A stretch of 64,000 nt of DNA, taken from positions 6,820,001 through 6,884,000 of the forward strand of contig NC_083283.1 in assembly GCF_963506605.1 (NCBI RefSeq), written 5' to 3'. The notes beneath the pieces were generated by a model. It worked only from the letters and a program-made list of their open reading frames with translations. It was not told the DNA's origin and ran no database searches. Source of the DNA: Zootoca vivipara. Lineage: Eukaryota. This document shows, piece by piece, positions 37,053-48,538 of this stretch. Both the position numbers and the translations under genes were made by a program. Numbering within the stretch: the first letter of the stretch is position 1; the number at the start of each line of letters is the position of its first letter.

Positions 37053-38717
37053 AAATTAAGATTTCACCGCCTTACCCCAGGTACTGTGACTGGAGAGTTT
37101 TGGGTAAGGCGATAAGACTCTTAAGCTGGTCTTGCAGATCTCAACAATTAAAACAATAATTAATTTGATTTTGGGTAAAGGCACATAGATTTATTTTGTT
37201 TAGGATAAAGATGAAGAGGTTAAGCCAAAAGCTTTAGAGGAAATACTGGCTTTGAGGAGGGGAGTGAAGGAGAAGAATGGAAAGTGACGTCCAAGATGAA
37301 GAAATTGTGTCATCAGGAAAAGATCCTCTACAAAACATTTCCTACCTTATTCCAACCACAGGTGTTTGCTCACAAGGTTCGAGATGTTCTCTGATGCCTC
37401 TAGGGTATTAGCTGATATCTCTTCTCTGTGTTCAAAATAAAATGCTCATCCAGAAGTCAGCACACGTTTTGGGCAGAGAATGTCAAATGGAAGATTTGTT
37501 TGTTCAGCAAGTGTGGGGCAGATAACAGATATCCTGTTAAAAAGTGCAAATCCATTAGGCATGGGTTCTCTTCCTCTTGTGAATGCATGTTTCTTTAGAA
37601 CTTACAAAAACCTCAGGATATATATGCACTTTATACTTTATACTTACAGGTGTTTCTAGGGTCATAGCTGATAGTAAAATTTGACAGGGTCTTAAGCTTT
37701 TGGATTCTGGACAATCAACTGTCATATGAACTTTAGTACTGGACACTGCGAGATCAATAGCTCAAATGAACTTTACTCCAGTAAACATGCAATTTTTTCT
37801 TTAGTCAATATATGCATCTGCCTAAAGGGGGGGGGAGTGGATTTAGAATGAACTGTTTTTTATGCCATGCCCTTTGCCGGACCCCAAGAAGACATATTGG
37901 GCAAATGCTAAGATTCTGAAAATGCACAGATGCAGGAATTTTTAGATGAGATTCCTGCATTGCAGGGGGTTGGACCAGATGACCCTTGGGGTCCCATCCA
38001 ACTCTACAATTCTATGATTCTATGAAATGCACCATAACACTTTAACCACAAACTGCCAAGCTAGCTTTTTAAGGAGGTAAACATGCTAGTGTGGCCGAGA
38101 GCTGAAATATATACAGAGAGACAGGGTTGGATAAGGTCCATTTCATTAAATGTTAGACATATACCTGCAGAGAAGAGTTGTGGGTGAGGTAACTGACTAT
38201 GACTAAGAAATCCCATAGCTATTAGGGCAAACAAACCCCTCTTGCGTCAATGGCAAGCCTATCTTCTTACCCCAGCCACACTAGGTTCTGTGCCAACCAC
38301 CACCCAAAAGCCAACTATTAAGGATAAAGCAGGCACTGGCTAAGGCTACTGCCTGGTGCAACTATAAAGTCCACAAGACCTAACCAGCCATAGGTCACGG
38401 GTTTATCAATATCTGGGCCTGAATAATATTTCTCTAAGTCTTCCACTCAAAATGGTCACAAAGCCAAGGCCCTCAACCAGACCCTCCAAGTGTCCCTATT
38501 TTCCAGGGATATTCCTGGATTTACAGATGCCGTCTCAGTTTCTGATTTGATCCCATAATGTCCCACTTTTCCTTAGGATGTCCCTATTTCCACTGGAGAA
38601 GTGTTGAAGGGTATGGGGTTATGGGATCCCCAAGGCAAGGAGATAAGTAACTATACAACCTTTTGAAGACATCTGAAGGCAGCCCTGTATAGAAAGGGCA
38701 GTATATAAAAAAGTAAC

Positions 38718-38773
<56 letters not shown>

Positions 38774-38989
38774 TTTTAATTATGCTTTATATATGTTGGA
38801 AGCTGCATTGTCACGTGGATGGGGTATTATTATTATTATAGAATAGGTCATCCCTATTTTCATCTGAGAAATGTTCAAAGGCATGGTCATTGTGCTGAAG
38901 CCAGGCCTGCTCTAAAATGGCTGGCGCTGGACTCTATAGCCAAAGTGGGTCTAAAATAGCAGAGCCACGAGCAGAGCTAATGGGGAAGG

Positions 38990-39317
38990 GCAAGTGGCTG
39001 TAGCAACAGAGCAAGCCGATTGGGCGCCTGGGGCGGCGCGTGTGCCCTGCAGCCAGGTGGGAGCGGGGAGAGCCAGGGCAGGATGCTCTGTGGGGCCTCC
39101 AGAGTCTGCCTGCCTGCTCCCCCTCAGCTGCCTTAGACCATTTGGGGAAGCGCCGAGCCTGTGGGTGCTCAAGCCACTGCATCACTCCCAGGAGAGACGC
39201 ATGGCTTGGGCGTGCTGCAGGCCCCGTGGTGAGTGCCGCCCGGCATTTTGTCACCCCCCCCTTAGTGGTGACACCCGGGGCATACCACTCCCACTGCACC
39301 CCCTTCCTCCGCCACTG
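38990..39317. mobile_element. GC-rich hAT-like MITE (left end uncertain)
   Basis: Right terminus CTCCGCCACTG resembles the TIR of 112-371; GC-rich island. Confidence 0.4.
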
Positions 39318-40873
39318 GGTGGCTAATGCACACACTCAAATCTGAGAGAGCGATGGCCATGGGGCCCTAAATTGCAACACTCGTGGCACAAGCCAAACCA
39401 GCCACCAAGGGGACAGCTCTGTGGGGCGTGTGCTGCCCAAGTCCCACATTGTTCTTTCGACCAAGCTGCTCAGCAAGGGCTCACATGCCTGAAAGACACA
39501 GAGCAGGAGAAGGTAGCCGAGCTCAAGGTTTGCCTATCTGCCAACTCAAAAAGTGCCCTGCCAGGTTCCCACGCTAAATGGAGCTCAAACGCCCCAAGAG
39601 ACACCAGCAGTAAAAACAGAACAGTAGAGTCAGTAATTTTGAATAGCTATTTTATTAGCAAGCAAATACCTATATAAGTACAACGTCCATCAAACACCAC
39701 TGAACACTCTCAATCGTCTATTCATCCTAAAGATACATTAATATAGACCAGCACTGAGTGCACATGCAAATGGTGCTTCAGAATAGGGCAGAGGAGGGTG
39801 TATGGAAATGGGGCAGGTCTGTGTGCAAGGGAGAGTTGAGAAAAGAAGGAAAGAAGAGGTAGAAAAGAGGGGTGAACATGAGACTGGTGTGCTTGCAAAG
39901 GGGGCCGTGCAATAAGAGAGAGGGGGAGGCTTTGATTGTTTGCCAACCTTCATCTGAGTATCACAGGGTGGTTTACAGTATAAAAACACAAAAAATACAT
40001 AAGATAATGACACACAAAATGATGCCCCCCCCAACACAATTTAAAAGGCCATAGATTGTACAACTAGTATAAGCTCTGGGAAAAGAGGAGAGGAATGATC
40101 CCTCACCGTTCCCCCCAGGCACCTGATGATATGTAAGGAAGGCACCAGGCAAGATTCCCTGGGGAGAAGATTCCACAAGTGGAGAGCCATCACAGACAGG
40201 TTCGTTTTCATGTTGTCATCCTCTGGACTGCTCTTGGGGGAGGCAAACAAAGAAGGACCTGATTATGATTTCAGGGTCCGAGTTGGTTCATATGGCGAGA
40301 GGTGGTCCTTGAGGTATTGCAGTTACGGGCTGTTGTTTCTTTCTTTAAAAAAATCCTGTATCTGGATGTTGCTTTAGAGGCCCCCAACCTCTTATTTATG
40401 TTCCTCTATGCACACTCTATGGGCAGGATGGAATGCATCCCAAGGGTTCCTCTTCTTCTCTCCAGCTTCTCTCAGATTTTCTCTTTCTGCATTAGGCACG
40501 GAAATAGGGTTGATCTCTGTGAAACGGAGACTGGAGCGGGGTGGGAGGAAGACGGTGAAGGGGAAAGGGGTGAATGTGAAAATTGGGATGCTAAGGGGCT
40601 TACCACGAAGCAGGGAGGAGGATGCATGGGGATGAGGTTGAGGTTGAGAGCAGGGGCATGAAAAGGGTGGCGAATAGGAGGGGGCATGTGTGAAAGAAGG
40701 AGGTGCAGATTCTAGTTTACTTATTAGATGGTGACATCTACCCCCTGCCCTGTTCCTCTGTTCCTCTCTCAGCTAGTTTTATGGTGTAGCCTCAATCCAT
40801 GCAGAGGCAGGTGGGAACCATCTTGAAGAGGCAAGCTCAATGTAGGCCACTGCAAATCATCCCATATTCTTTG

Positions 40874-40895
40874 AATAATAATAATAATAATAATA

Positions 40896-40941
<46 letters not shown>

Positions 40942-41346
40942 TTTTATTATTTATACCCCGCCCATCTGGCTGGGTTCCCCCAGCCACTCTGGGCGGCTTC
41001 CAACAAAATATTAAAATACAGAAATTCATCATACATTAAAAGCTTCCCTAAACAGGGCTGCCTTGAGATGCCTTCTAAAGGTCTGGTAACTGTTGTTCTC
41101 TTTGACCTCTGGTGGGAGGGCATTCCACAGGGTGGGTGCCACTACCGAGAAGGCCCTCTGCCTGGTTCCCTGTAACTTGGCTTCTCGTAGCGAGGGAACC
41201 GCCAGAAGGCCCTCGGCGCTGGACCTCAGTGTCCGGGCAGAACGATGGGGGTGGAGACACTCCTTCAGGTATACTGGATCGAGGCCGTTTAGGGCTTTAA
41301 AGGTCAGCACCAACACTTTGAATTGTGCTCGGAAACGTACTGGGAG
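40874..41346 (-). mobile_element. L2 LINE 3' fragment with microsatellite tail
   Basis: ORF 41029-41370 is L2 ORF2 C-terminus; near-identical to the 9750-10211 copy; ~70 nt downstream of copy 8 stop. Confidence 0.85.
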
Positions 41347-41418
41347 AAACGGAAGGTGAATCTTGAGCACAGTGGGTAAGAATGTGTGATTGCCTGATTG
41401 ATAAATCTTTTGGAGCCA

Positions 41419-42402
41419 TCATAACTTAGTTTCAGCAGAGGGTGCCACTTCATCCGGACAACTTTCTTCCTCTTTGAAAACATTCTGAAGTATGCCTTTC
41501 AAGCTCCTCCTAGGTCTGCCTCTCTTTTGTCTCCCAACCAGGAAATAGATCAAAGGGTTAATGCTGCTGTTCAGAGTGGCGCACATGTAGCCATATTGTA
41601 AGCGATGCAAAGTTGGTGACTCAAAAACATAATGGCTTATGTAAAAGGCATTCATTGGAAAAGAAAAGGAAAGAAAGAAGACAAGTGCAAGCAGGATGAC
41701 AGTGATCAGCTTCCTCCGCCTTATCCGTTGTGTTTTAAAGCAGAACTTGATAAAAAGGATCAAAGTGGAGAAAGTAATGAGTGGGAGGCAAATGAAGCCG
41801 TTCACAATATACTGGTAGCACCTTATATAGGTGTGTTCCTTCTTAGTAGTGAGGAAGAGAAGGAAGTGAATTCCAGGGAAAATGAAAGAAAATATCCATA
41901 TCAAGGCACACAAAATGGTAGACAAATGTGGCGGCCGATGGCATCGATACCAAAGGGGGAACAGGACACAAACACACCTGTCGATGCTGATGGCTGTCAG
42001 CAGAAACTGACCAGTGTTGTACAGGGATTGGAAAATATCTTCAAAGACTTCAAACACGATGCCTTCATCCTGTTTACGGTTTTGAAGCCAGCGTATTTCT
42101 AAAATAAAGTCCACAGCAAGTAAACCAAAGTCCGCAATGGCAAGGTTCAGGATGTAGGTGGTGAAGGGATTCCTCTTAATACGGAAGCCAAGCAGCCAGA
42201 TGACAGTTCCATTCCCCAAGCATCCCAAAATGCAAACTATAATTATTGACACACACACTATATACACTGTTACTGTCTGATATATATATTCTGGGTCGTC
42301 ATTACTGTGGCTGTTGTTGGAAAAAGCACTTGCATTGGATGTTCCATAATATTTCTCTCCAGCACTCAAAGGGTACAGGGGTGTTGGGCTGAAGCTGGCC
42401 AT
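41419..42402 (-). CDS. MAS-related GPCR copy 8 (second subfamily), 327 aa
   Basis: Intact ORF; ATG (MASFS) at 42402; paralog of copy 7. Confidence 0.92.
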   Translation of the reverse strand: MASFSPTPLYPLSAGEKYYGTSNASAFSNNSHSNDDPEYIYQTVTVYIVCVSIIIVCILGCLGNGTVIWLLGFRIKRNPFTTYILNLAIADFGLLAVDFILEIRWLQNRKQDEGIVFEVFEDIFQSLYNTGQFLLTAISIDRCVCVLFPLWYRCHRPPHLSTILCALIWIFSFIFPGIHFLLFLTTKKEHTYIRCYQYIVNGFICLPLITFSTLILFIKFCFKTQRIRRRKLITVILLALVFFLSFSFPMNAFYISHYVFESPTLHRLQYGYMCATLNSSINPLIYFLVGRQKRGRPRRSLKGILQNVFKEEESCPDEVAPSAETKL

Positions 42403-43639
42403 TGTGTTCAACTTTGGCTTTTGTGTTTTGTCTGGTGTAGAGATTCCTGCCTGGAGAAGTGCGAGAAAAGATCACGTTAGCCTTTGCTAACAAGGTGAAC
42501 AAACTTTTTCAGTTTAGTCTTTCTTGCTTCAGTCTGAGAAACCACTGTTAAGGTGAAATGCTTCTTATTATACCCTTTCCAGTTAAAGTTGCATTTTCAG
42601 AAAGACACATACAGACAATAAAGTTATCCTACCACTTTCCATTGTTTCATTTTTCTACCCCATTGTTTGCAGAGGACATGAAGCTATCCCAATTGGACTT
42701 GCTTGCCTACTTTGAATGCGGCCATCCAGAGCAGTAAAGAAGGCAAGGCAGGTGAAGGAATGGAAGGTTCTGGAACAGAAATCATGCAGTGACAGACGAT
42801 AGTTTCACTCTTGCTGTCAATGTCTCATTTCAAATAGTAGAATTTAGTTTTCTTTTCTCCCTCTTAAAAAGTGTGTGTGTTTGTTTTTGTTATTGTTGTT
42901 GTTGCTGCTGCTTGTTCTTGTTGCTTGTTTGCATTTCATACTATCCTGGTTCTAGTAGAGTTCTTTTTTTTTTCCTCTGTAAGCAGTGATTTTTCTCCCT
43001 TTAATAGTATCCTGGTTCTATACTTGTAACCCAAAAGCCAGCTCTTTTTTTGCACTTAATCAATTGCAGAAAGCTGAACTGGGATGGGAGTGCCCCATCC
43101 ATCTCAAGAGTGCCCCACCCAAAAATACCCAGAAGCAGCAATACCACTGGGAAAAACATGGGGACTGCAAGGGTGACAGTCACCATCCTGCCGTGACTTT
43201 GATCCATGGGGAAATAGCATCAGAGGAACACACTGTTTAAATGACAACAGCAGAGAAGGCAATTTGGAAAGGAAGAGATGGATATGAGCAAAGGCATTTG
43301 GAAATAATTTACCTTCATTCTGGATGAAGGTGAAGATGTTAAGCCCAAAGCTTTTGTCTTTAAGGTGGGGTGTGGAGGAAGGGAGATTTGAATGTGGCCT
43401 CAAAGAAGAGGAAGATGTGTCACCAAGGGGGGGGGGAATCTGCACAGAATGTCCTACCTTAATTCCAATCACAGATGTTTGCTCTCCAAGCTGTTCTCTT
43501 AGAATTCTAAGGTCTGAGCCAGTATTTCTTCTCCGTTGTCAAAACAAGTTGCCGATCCAGATGTTAGCACTCAGCTTTGAGCAGAGAACATCAGATGGAA
43601 TATCATGTTGCTTCAGCAAGGGTGGGGCAGGTAATTGAT

Positions 43640-43987
43640 TGTTGGGCAAAATACGCATCAACCGAGTGGCAACAGCGGCAGGGCCGACGAAATAACAAAG
43701 TCGTCTTCAGTATCTCTGCTTGCTTTTATTTACAATTATATACACCACACCCCTCTACTCCATTCCTCTCATTTCACAATAGATCACCACCACACCCATG
43801 AACCATTTGCTTAAATACAGAATTCAAAATAGTCAATTACCCAATCACATTACAGTAAGCAAACTCTACCTTCAATTATTCAAATTAGCAAAAGCTCACA
43901 GGTGTGCTAACATTCAGAACAAGGTTACAAACACACATCTCTGTGTAGCACCATTGACCACATCAGTCTTAAAGGAAAAACCCAACA
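43640..43987 (-). repeat. Copia 3' LTR
   Basis: TGTTGGG...CCCAACA; PPT AGCAGGGGGT adjacent (43988-43997, minus). Confidence 0.95.
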
Positions 43988-43999
43988 ACCCCCTGCTGG

Positions 44000-46900
44000 T
44001 CAATGATGCGTAGCAGTAACATTTAGCATTTTCTGTGTATGTTTAAGATGCGTAGCTGTTGGCAAAGCCTTTGTGAAAATATCTGCTATTTGCTCTAGTC
44101 CAGCTACGTATTCAAAAGTAATAATTTTTTCATTAATCATTTGTTTTGCAAACTCCAAGTGTAACCGTAACGTTCTGGTACGTTGGGTATTGCCTTCTGG
44201 TGTCAAAATGGCTATTCCACTTTGGGAATCAATGTGCACAGGTATTGGTAATTTTACTTTTATTTTTAGGTCTGCAAACAACTGCAAAAACCATTCAATG
44301 TCTCTGATGGCTTCAGAACATGCACAAAGTTCACTTTCTGTGGTTGACATACAAATTATATGCTGTCTGCGCGTTCTCCATTCAAATGGACATTCATTGT
44401 ATCTATAAACAAAACCAGACACACCTTTATATTTGAAATGTTCAGACGCATGAGATGCATCACAAAAAATATCGAACCCTGAGTCATTATGCGCCTTAAA
44501 ATGTAACCTGTAATGCAGTGTGTGTTTAAGATAAAGCACCACTCTTTTTAACGCTCGAAAACACTGCTTGGTTGGATTCTCCACAAATGTGGAAAGAAAA
44601 TTAAAACTGAAAGATATGTCTGGTCTGGACACGCGCTGAATAAAGTTCAGCTTTCCTAATATCGACCGGTAAAGTGTTTTGTCATGAAAAGGTGTATCCT
44701 CTTTAGTAAAAGTAAATCCACATGTTAATGGGGTTTCTTTTCCTTTTGCGTTCTCCAAATTTAGCACTTCTATTAAATCTTTAATTTTTGCAGTTTGATG
44801 TACAGCAAAAGAACAATCTGCAGCCCTGTCTATTTGCATGGACAGGTAATTCTTAACTTTCCCCAAATCTTTTACATCAAAACGTTTACAAAGTTGAGAA
44901 AGAAACAACTGGTATTCCTTTAAATGTTTACATGAAAATAATAAATCATCAACATAAACGGCCAATTTGACAACAGAATTTCCACATTGTTTGGTAAAAA
45001 TGCAATCATCAGCTTTCCCCTGCGCAAACCCAAATTCAATCAAGGTTTGTTTTAAAGTTTCATGCCAATTCCTGCCACTTTGATGTAGGCCATACAGAGA
45101 TTTGTTTAATTTACAAACTACTCCAGGTGCAGCATCTACACCATCCGGAACTTTCATGTATATGTTTTCATGCAAATCAGCATTAAGATAAGCTGTGGAA
45201 ATATCACAATGGTACAATTCGCACTCATTTTTAACAGCGTCTAGCATCATCAACTTTATACTTTCAAACTTCACACTCGGAGAAAACACATTCTCATAAT
45301 CAATGCCTTCCAATTGTTGGTAACCCCTTGCTACTAACCTAGCTTTATATCTCATAACTTTATTTTTATCATTAAGTTTTACTTTGAACACCCATCTTGA
45401 GTCTATGACCCGCATATCAGGTGTTTGCTTCACAAAAGTCCAGGTGTTATTTTGATTTAGAGATGCAAGCTCAGAGTCTATCGCTTTCATCCATTGTTGA
45501 GCTTGTGACTTTGGCATGGTTTGTATCTCTTTAAAACTTATTGGTTCAAAATTAACATGGTTACAATATACATTGTTTGCAACTTCTTCTATTTCCTCAT
45601 CAACAGTAGCAATATTTCTACGTTTAAACAACTGCTCCTGTCGTTTCTGCCTTTGTAGCTTTTGTTCATTGATGTAACGCTGTGGCGGTCTAGTTATTCT
45701 ACTGGAGCGTCTAAGCTCTGGTAAACTTTCACTGTCAGCTTTTAAATTTCCTTCCAAAACTTCAGAAATGCGGCTAGTAGAGGGCTTTGGACTTAAAGTA
45801 TGGTCTGAGTTGTCCATTGCCTCTTGTTCCCCTTTAAACTCACATTCTCCAATCTCTGACTGATTACTGTCAGGATCGGTGTCAACTGGCTGCTCGTTAG
45901 CATCAGCTGTACTCTTTGGGGATATTTCTTTAAGACCATCACTATCTTGAAACTCAGCTACACCATCCCAGTGTACTGAAGGTATAATGCTACGGGTAAG
46001 GTGAAACTTTTTTGTGTCTGGTAAATAAATGCGATAATTCCCTTGTTGATATCCCATAAATTTACCCGGGATACCTCTTTCCTGCAGCTTCCCTTTAGCT
46101 GGGTAATGCATCATAACATCACTGCCCCAAATGCACAAATACTTTAGATTGGGATGCTTTCCAAAAAGCATTTCATAAGGTGTTACTGTTAATGCAGAAT
46201 GATAGGATCGATTCTTTATATGAGTATAACAGCTCAAACATTCAGCCCAGAAGCTATCAGGAAGTTGAGCATCATGGAGCATTGTTTTTATCCCAGATTG
46301 TAGGTTTTTGTTAACAACCTCAGCAATCCCATTCTGCCAGGGACTCCTGGGTGAGGACACTTGGTGTACTGTCCCCTGCGCATTTAGGAACTCTTCAAAA
46401 TCCTGCGACATAAATTCACCTCCAAGATCAGAGTACAGATTTTGTATATTTTTACCAAAATGAGTCTTAACCCAATTGCAAAACTTTTTATACATTTCTA
46501 GTGCTTGAGACTTCTTAGAGATTGCATATGTCCAAACATATCTGGTTTTCTGGTCCACAAGTGTTAGCCAGAATCGGGACCCTCCAAGTGATTCTGGCAA
46601 TGGTCCTACTAAATCACAGTGAACCCTTTCGAAAGGCTCTACTACTTCTCTCATAGTGCTTTTGCCCTTTCGTGCCACCTTAATTTTATGTTTGCAGCAT
46701 GACAGACAGTTCATGTAAAATTTACACGGTTTAATCTCTAGACCATGCACTATATCCCTTGTTTTCAAAACATCTGCAAAGTTTTTATGGCAAAGTTTGC
46801 GGTGAGCTTCATGTAGGCAGTTTTTATGTGGCTGGCAATTTGCCAACCCCTGCCTGCTCCTATTGGCTACACCACAACATCTATTGCTTCCTCCTGAAGA

Positions 46901-47434
46901 GGAGTGAAACTTGAGCCTGTAAAGCCCATGAGTCTGTTTTGCATAGAGAACCTGCTTGTTGGCCCGATAAAATTGGCACATTTTTTCAGTAAATTTAGCT
47001 CTAACACCTTGACGTGCAAACTGATAAACTGATAATAAGTTCCCACACAGTTCAGGGCAATAAACAACATCTGATATAGTAATATTCAAACTATGCAGTT
47101 TTATAGTACCCTTTCCAAGTGAGGGCAAAACTATTCCATTCGCTAAATGCGCATTTCCAGTCTCTGGTGTGTAATTTATGAAGAGACTGCGATTGCTGCA
47201 CAAGTGCTGCGATGCGCCACTATCGATGATGAAGAAGTCCCAGTTACCTCTTTTAACTTCACAAGCCTGTGGTTCTGCAAAGAATGCTTGTGGCTCGGGT
47301 CGACTACCTCGTTGCGGTCGCTGCGAAGGCTTCCATGCCTGAGTGGCTGTGTGTCCCTTTTGCGACCTAGAGGAAGTCTTTTTTACTCTTTGCTCTGCAT
47401 TCCGAAGCAAAATGTCCCAAAAGGCCACAGGCAA
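44000..47434 (-). CDS. pol: Copia pol (protease, integrase, RT, RNase H)
   Basis: IDSGASQH protease; HRKLCH..CLSC zinc finger; HCDLVG/YSDLGGEF/NGIAE DDE; YKARLVARGY, SLYGLHQSG, YVDD; FCDAS..ADIFTK; no internal stops. Confidence 0.95.
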   Translation of the reverse strand: MPVAFWDILLRNAEQRVKKTSSRSQKGHTATQAWKPSQRPQRGSRPEPQAFFAEPQACEVKRGNWDFFIIDSGASQHLCSNRSLFINYTPETGNAHLANGIVLPSLGKGTIKLHSLNITISDVVYCPELCGNLLSVYQFARQGVRAKFTEKMCQFYRANKQVLYAKQTHGLYRLKFHSSSGGSNRCCGVANRSRQGLANCQPHKNCLHEAHRKLCHKNFADVLKTRDIVHGLEIKPCKFYMNCLSCCKHKIKVARKGKSTMREVVEPFERVHCDLVGPLPESLGGSRFWLTLVDQKTRYVWTYAISKKSQALEMYKKFCNWVKTHFGKNIQNLYSDLGGEFMSQDFEEFLNAQGTVHQVSSPRSPWQNGIAEVVNKNLQSGIKTMLHDAQLPDSFWAECLSCYTHIKNRSYHSALTVTPYEMLFGKHPNLKYLCIWGSDVMMHYPAKGKLQERGIPGKFMGYQQGNYRIYLPDTKKFHLTRSIIPSVHWDGVAEFQDSDGLKEISPKSTADANEQPVDTDPDSNQSEIGECEFKGEQEAMDNSDHTLSPKPSTSRISEVLEGNLKADSESLPELRRSSRITRPPQRYINEQKLQRQKRQEQLFKRRNIATVDEEIEEVANNVYCNHVNFEPISFKEIQTMPKSQAQQWMKAIDSELASLNQNNTWTFVKQTPDMRVIDSRWVFKVKLNDKNKVMRYKARLVARGYQQLEGIDYENVFSPSVKFESIKLMMLDAVKNECELYHCDISTAYLNADLHENIYMKVPDGVDAAPGVVCKLNKSLYGLHQSGRNWHETLKQTLIEFGFAQGKADDCIFTKQCGNSVVKLAVYVDDLLFSCKHLKEYQLFLSQLCKRFDVKDLGKVKNYLSMQIDRAADCSFAVHQTAKIKDLIEVLNLENAKGKETPLTCGFTFTKEDTPFHDKTLYRSILGKLNFIQRVSRPDISFSFNFLSTFVENPTKQCFRALKRVVLYLKHTLHYRLHFKAHNDSGFDIFCDASHASEHFKYKGVSGFVYRYNECPFEWRTRRQHIICMSTTESELCACSEAIRDIEWFLQLFADLKIKVKLPIPVHIDSQSGIAILTPEGNTQRTRTLRLHLEFAKQMINEKIITFEYVAGLEQIADIFTKALPTATHLKHTQKMLNVTATHH

Positions 47435-48083
47435 AGCATTTCTTGTTGGCTCTTAAAGCTACAACATCCCTATTGTCATTTGAATGCACATTCTGCTCTT
47501 TGGGAACCGACATAACAGAGGCGTCTCGCCTGTCCAGCTCCGCCATCAGTTTTGCAGTCACGCCTTCAATACTCAGCTGGTCAGGAGGGACCAAAGCGAG
47601 CTGGCTTGCGACTGCATCATACTCTTTGTTTAATGAGCAGAGGATTATAAAACAAAATTGATTAACAGGAACCACAACGTCTCTTCTCAAAAGCTCCAAC
47701 CTGATTTCCTGTAAATGTCTCAGGTGAGCTGCCAAGTCACCGCCAGGTTGCAGCTTTGCCTGATAAAGCTGGCGGTAAAAAGCCAAGGCTGACGCAGACT
47801 CTTTTCTCAAATGGACCGCAGCCAAACTCTCCCACATTTCTTTAGCCGATGTTTTATCTCTGATATATACAACTTGCTGGTCGGACACTGCTAAGTTTAT
47901 AAAGGCTTTGGCTTTGTTATCCCCCCGTATCCATTCAGGGGTGATTATCTGAGGAGGGTCATCTGTGGCGTAGTCAAACAGGTCCTTACATTCGAGTAAT
48001 CCTCTCATTCTAAAGGACCAAAGGCTATAATTACCATCAGTTAGTTGAGGATAGGTAAGTGCCATCTTTTCGCCGTCATCCAT
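47367..48083 (-). CDS. gag: Copia gag
   Basis: LTDGNYSLWSFRM N-terminal motif and CX2CX4HX4C knuckle CFACGLLGHFASEC. Confidence 0.93.
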   Translation of the reverse strand: MDDGEKMALTYPQLTDGNYSLWSFRMRGLLECKDLFDYATDDPPQIITPEWIRGDNKAKAFINLAVSDQQVVYIRDKTSAKEMWESLAAVHLRKESASALAFYRQLYQAKLQPGGDLAAHLRHLQEIRLELLRRDVVVPVNQFCFIILCSLNKEYDAVASQLALVPPDQLSIEGVTAKLMAELDRRDASVMSVPKEQNVHSNDNRDVVALRANKKCFACGLLGHFASECRAKSKKDFL

Positions 48084-48173
48084 CCTGGATATACTTATGG
48101 CTCCTTTTCGACCGGCAGATAGCTCAGCTTCGCAGCCCTCTTAGCAAGCAGTTCAAACACCCATGCACAGTTT

Positions 48174-48187
48174 CTGGGCCCATAACC
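48174..48187 (-). promoter_or_regulatory. Primer-binding site, copia half-tRNAiMet type
   Basis: GGTTATGGGCCCAG 3 nt downstream of the 5' LTR; matches the Drosophila copia PBS as I recall it. Confidence 0.85.
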
Positions 48188-48190
48188 GGA

Positions 48191-48538
48191 TGTTGGGCAA
48201 AATACGCACCAACCGAGTGGCAACAGCGGCAGGGTCGACGAAATAACAAAGTCGTCTTCAGTATCTCTGCTTGCTTTTATTTACAATTATATACACCACA
48301 CCCCTCTACTCCATTCTTCTCATTTCACAATACATCACCACCACACCCATGAACCATTTGCTTAAATACAGAATTCAAAATAGTCAATTACCCAATCACA
48401 TTACAGTAAGCAAACTCTACCTTCAATTATTCAAATTAGCAAAAGCTCACAGGTGTGCTAACATTCAGAACAAGGTTACAAACACACATCTCTGTGTAGC
48501 ACCATTGACCACATCAGTTTTAAAGGAAAAACCTAACA
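48191..48538 (-). repeat. Copia 5' LTR
   Basis: 348 bp; 6 substitutions counted by eye versus 43640-43987. Confidence 0.95.

Larger units (their letters stand above)
43640..48538 (-). mobile_element. Full-length Ty1/copia LTR retrotransposon
   Basis: Two 348-bp TG...CA LTRs, PBS, PPT, and gag + PR-IN-RT-RH domain order diagnostic of copia. Confidence 0.97.
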
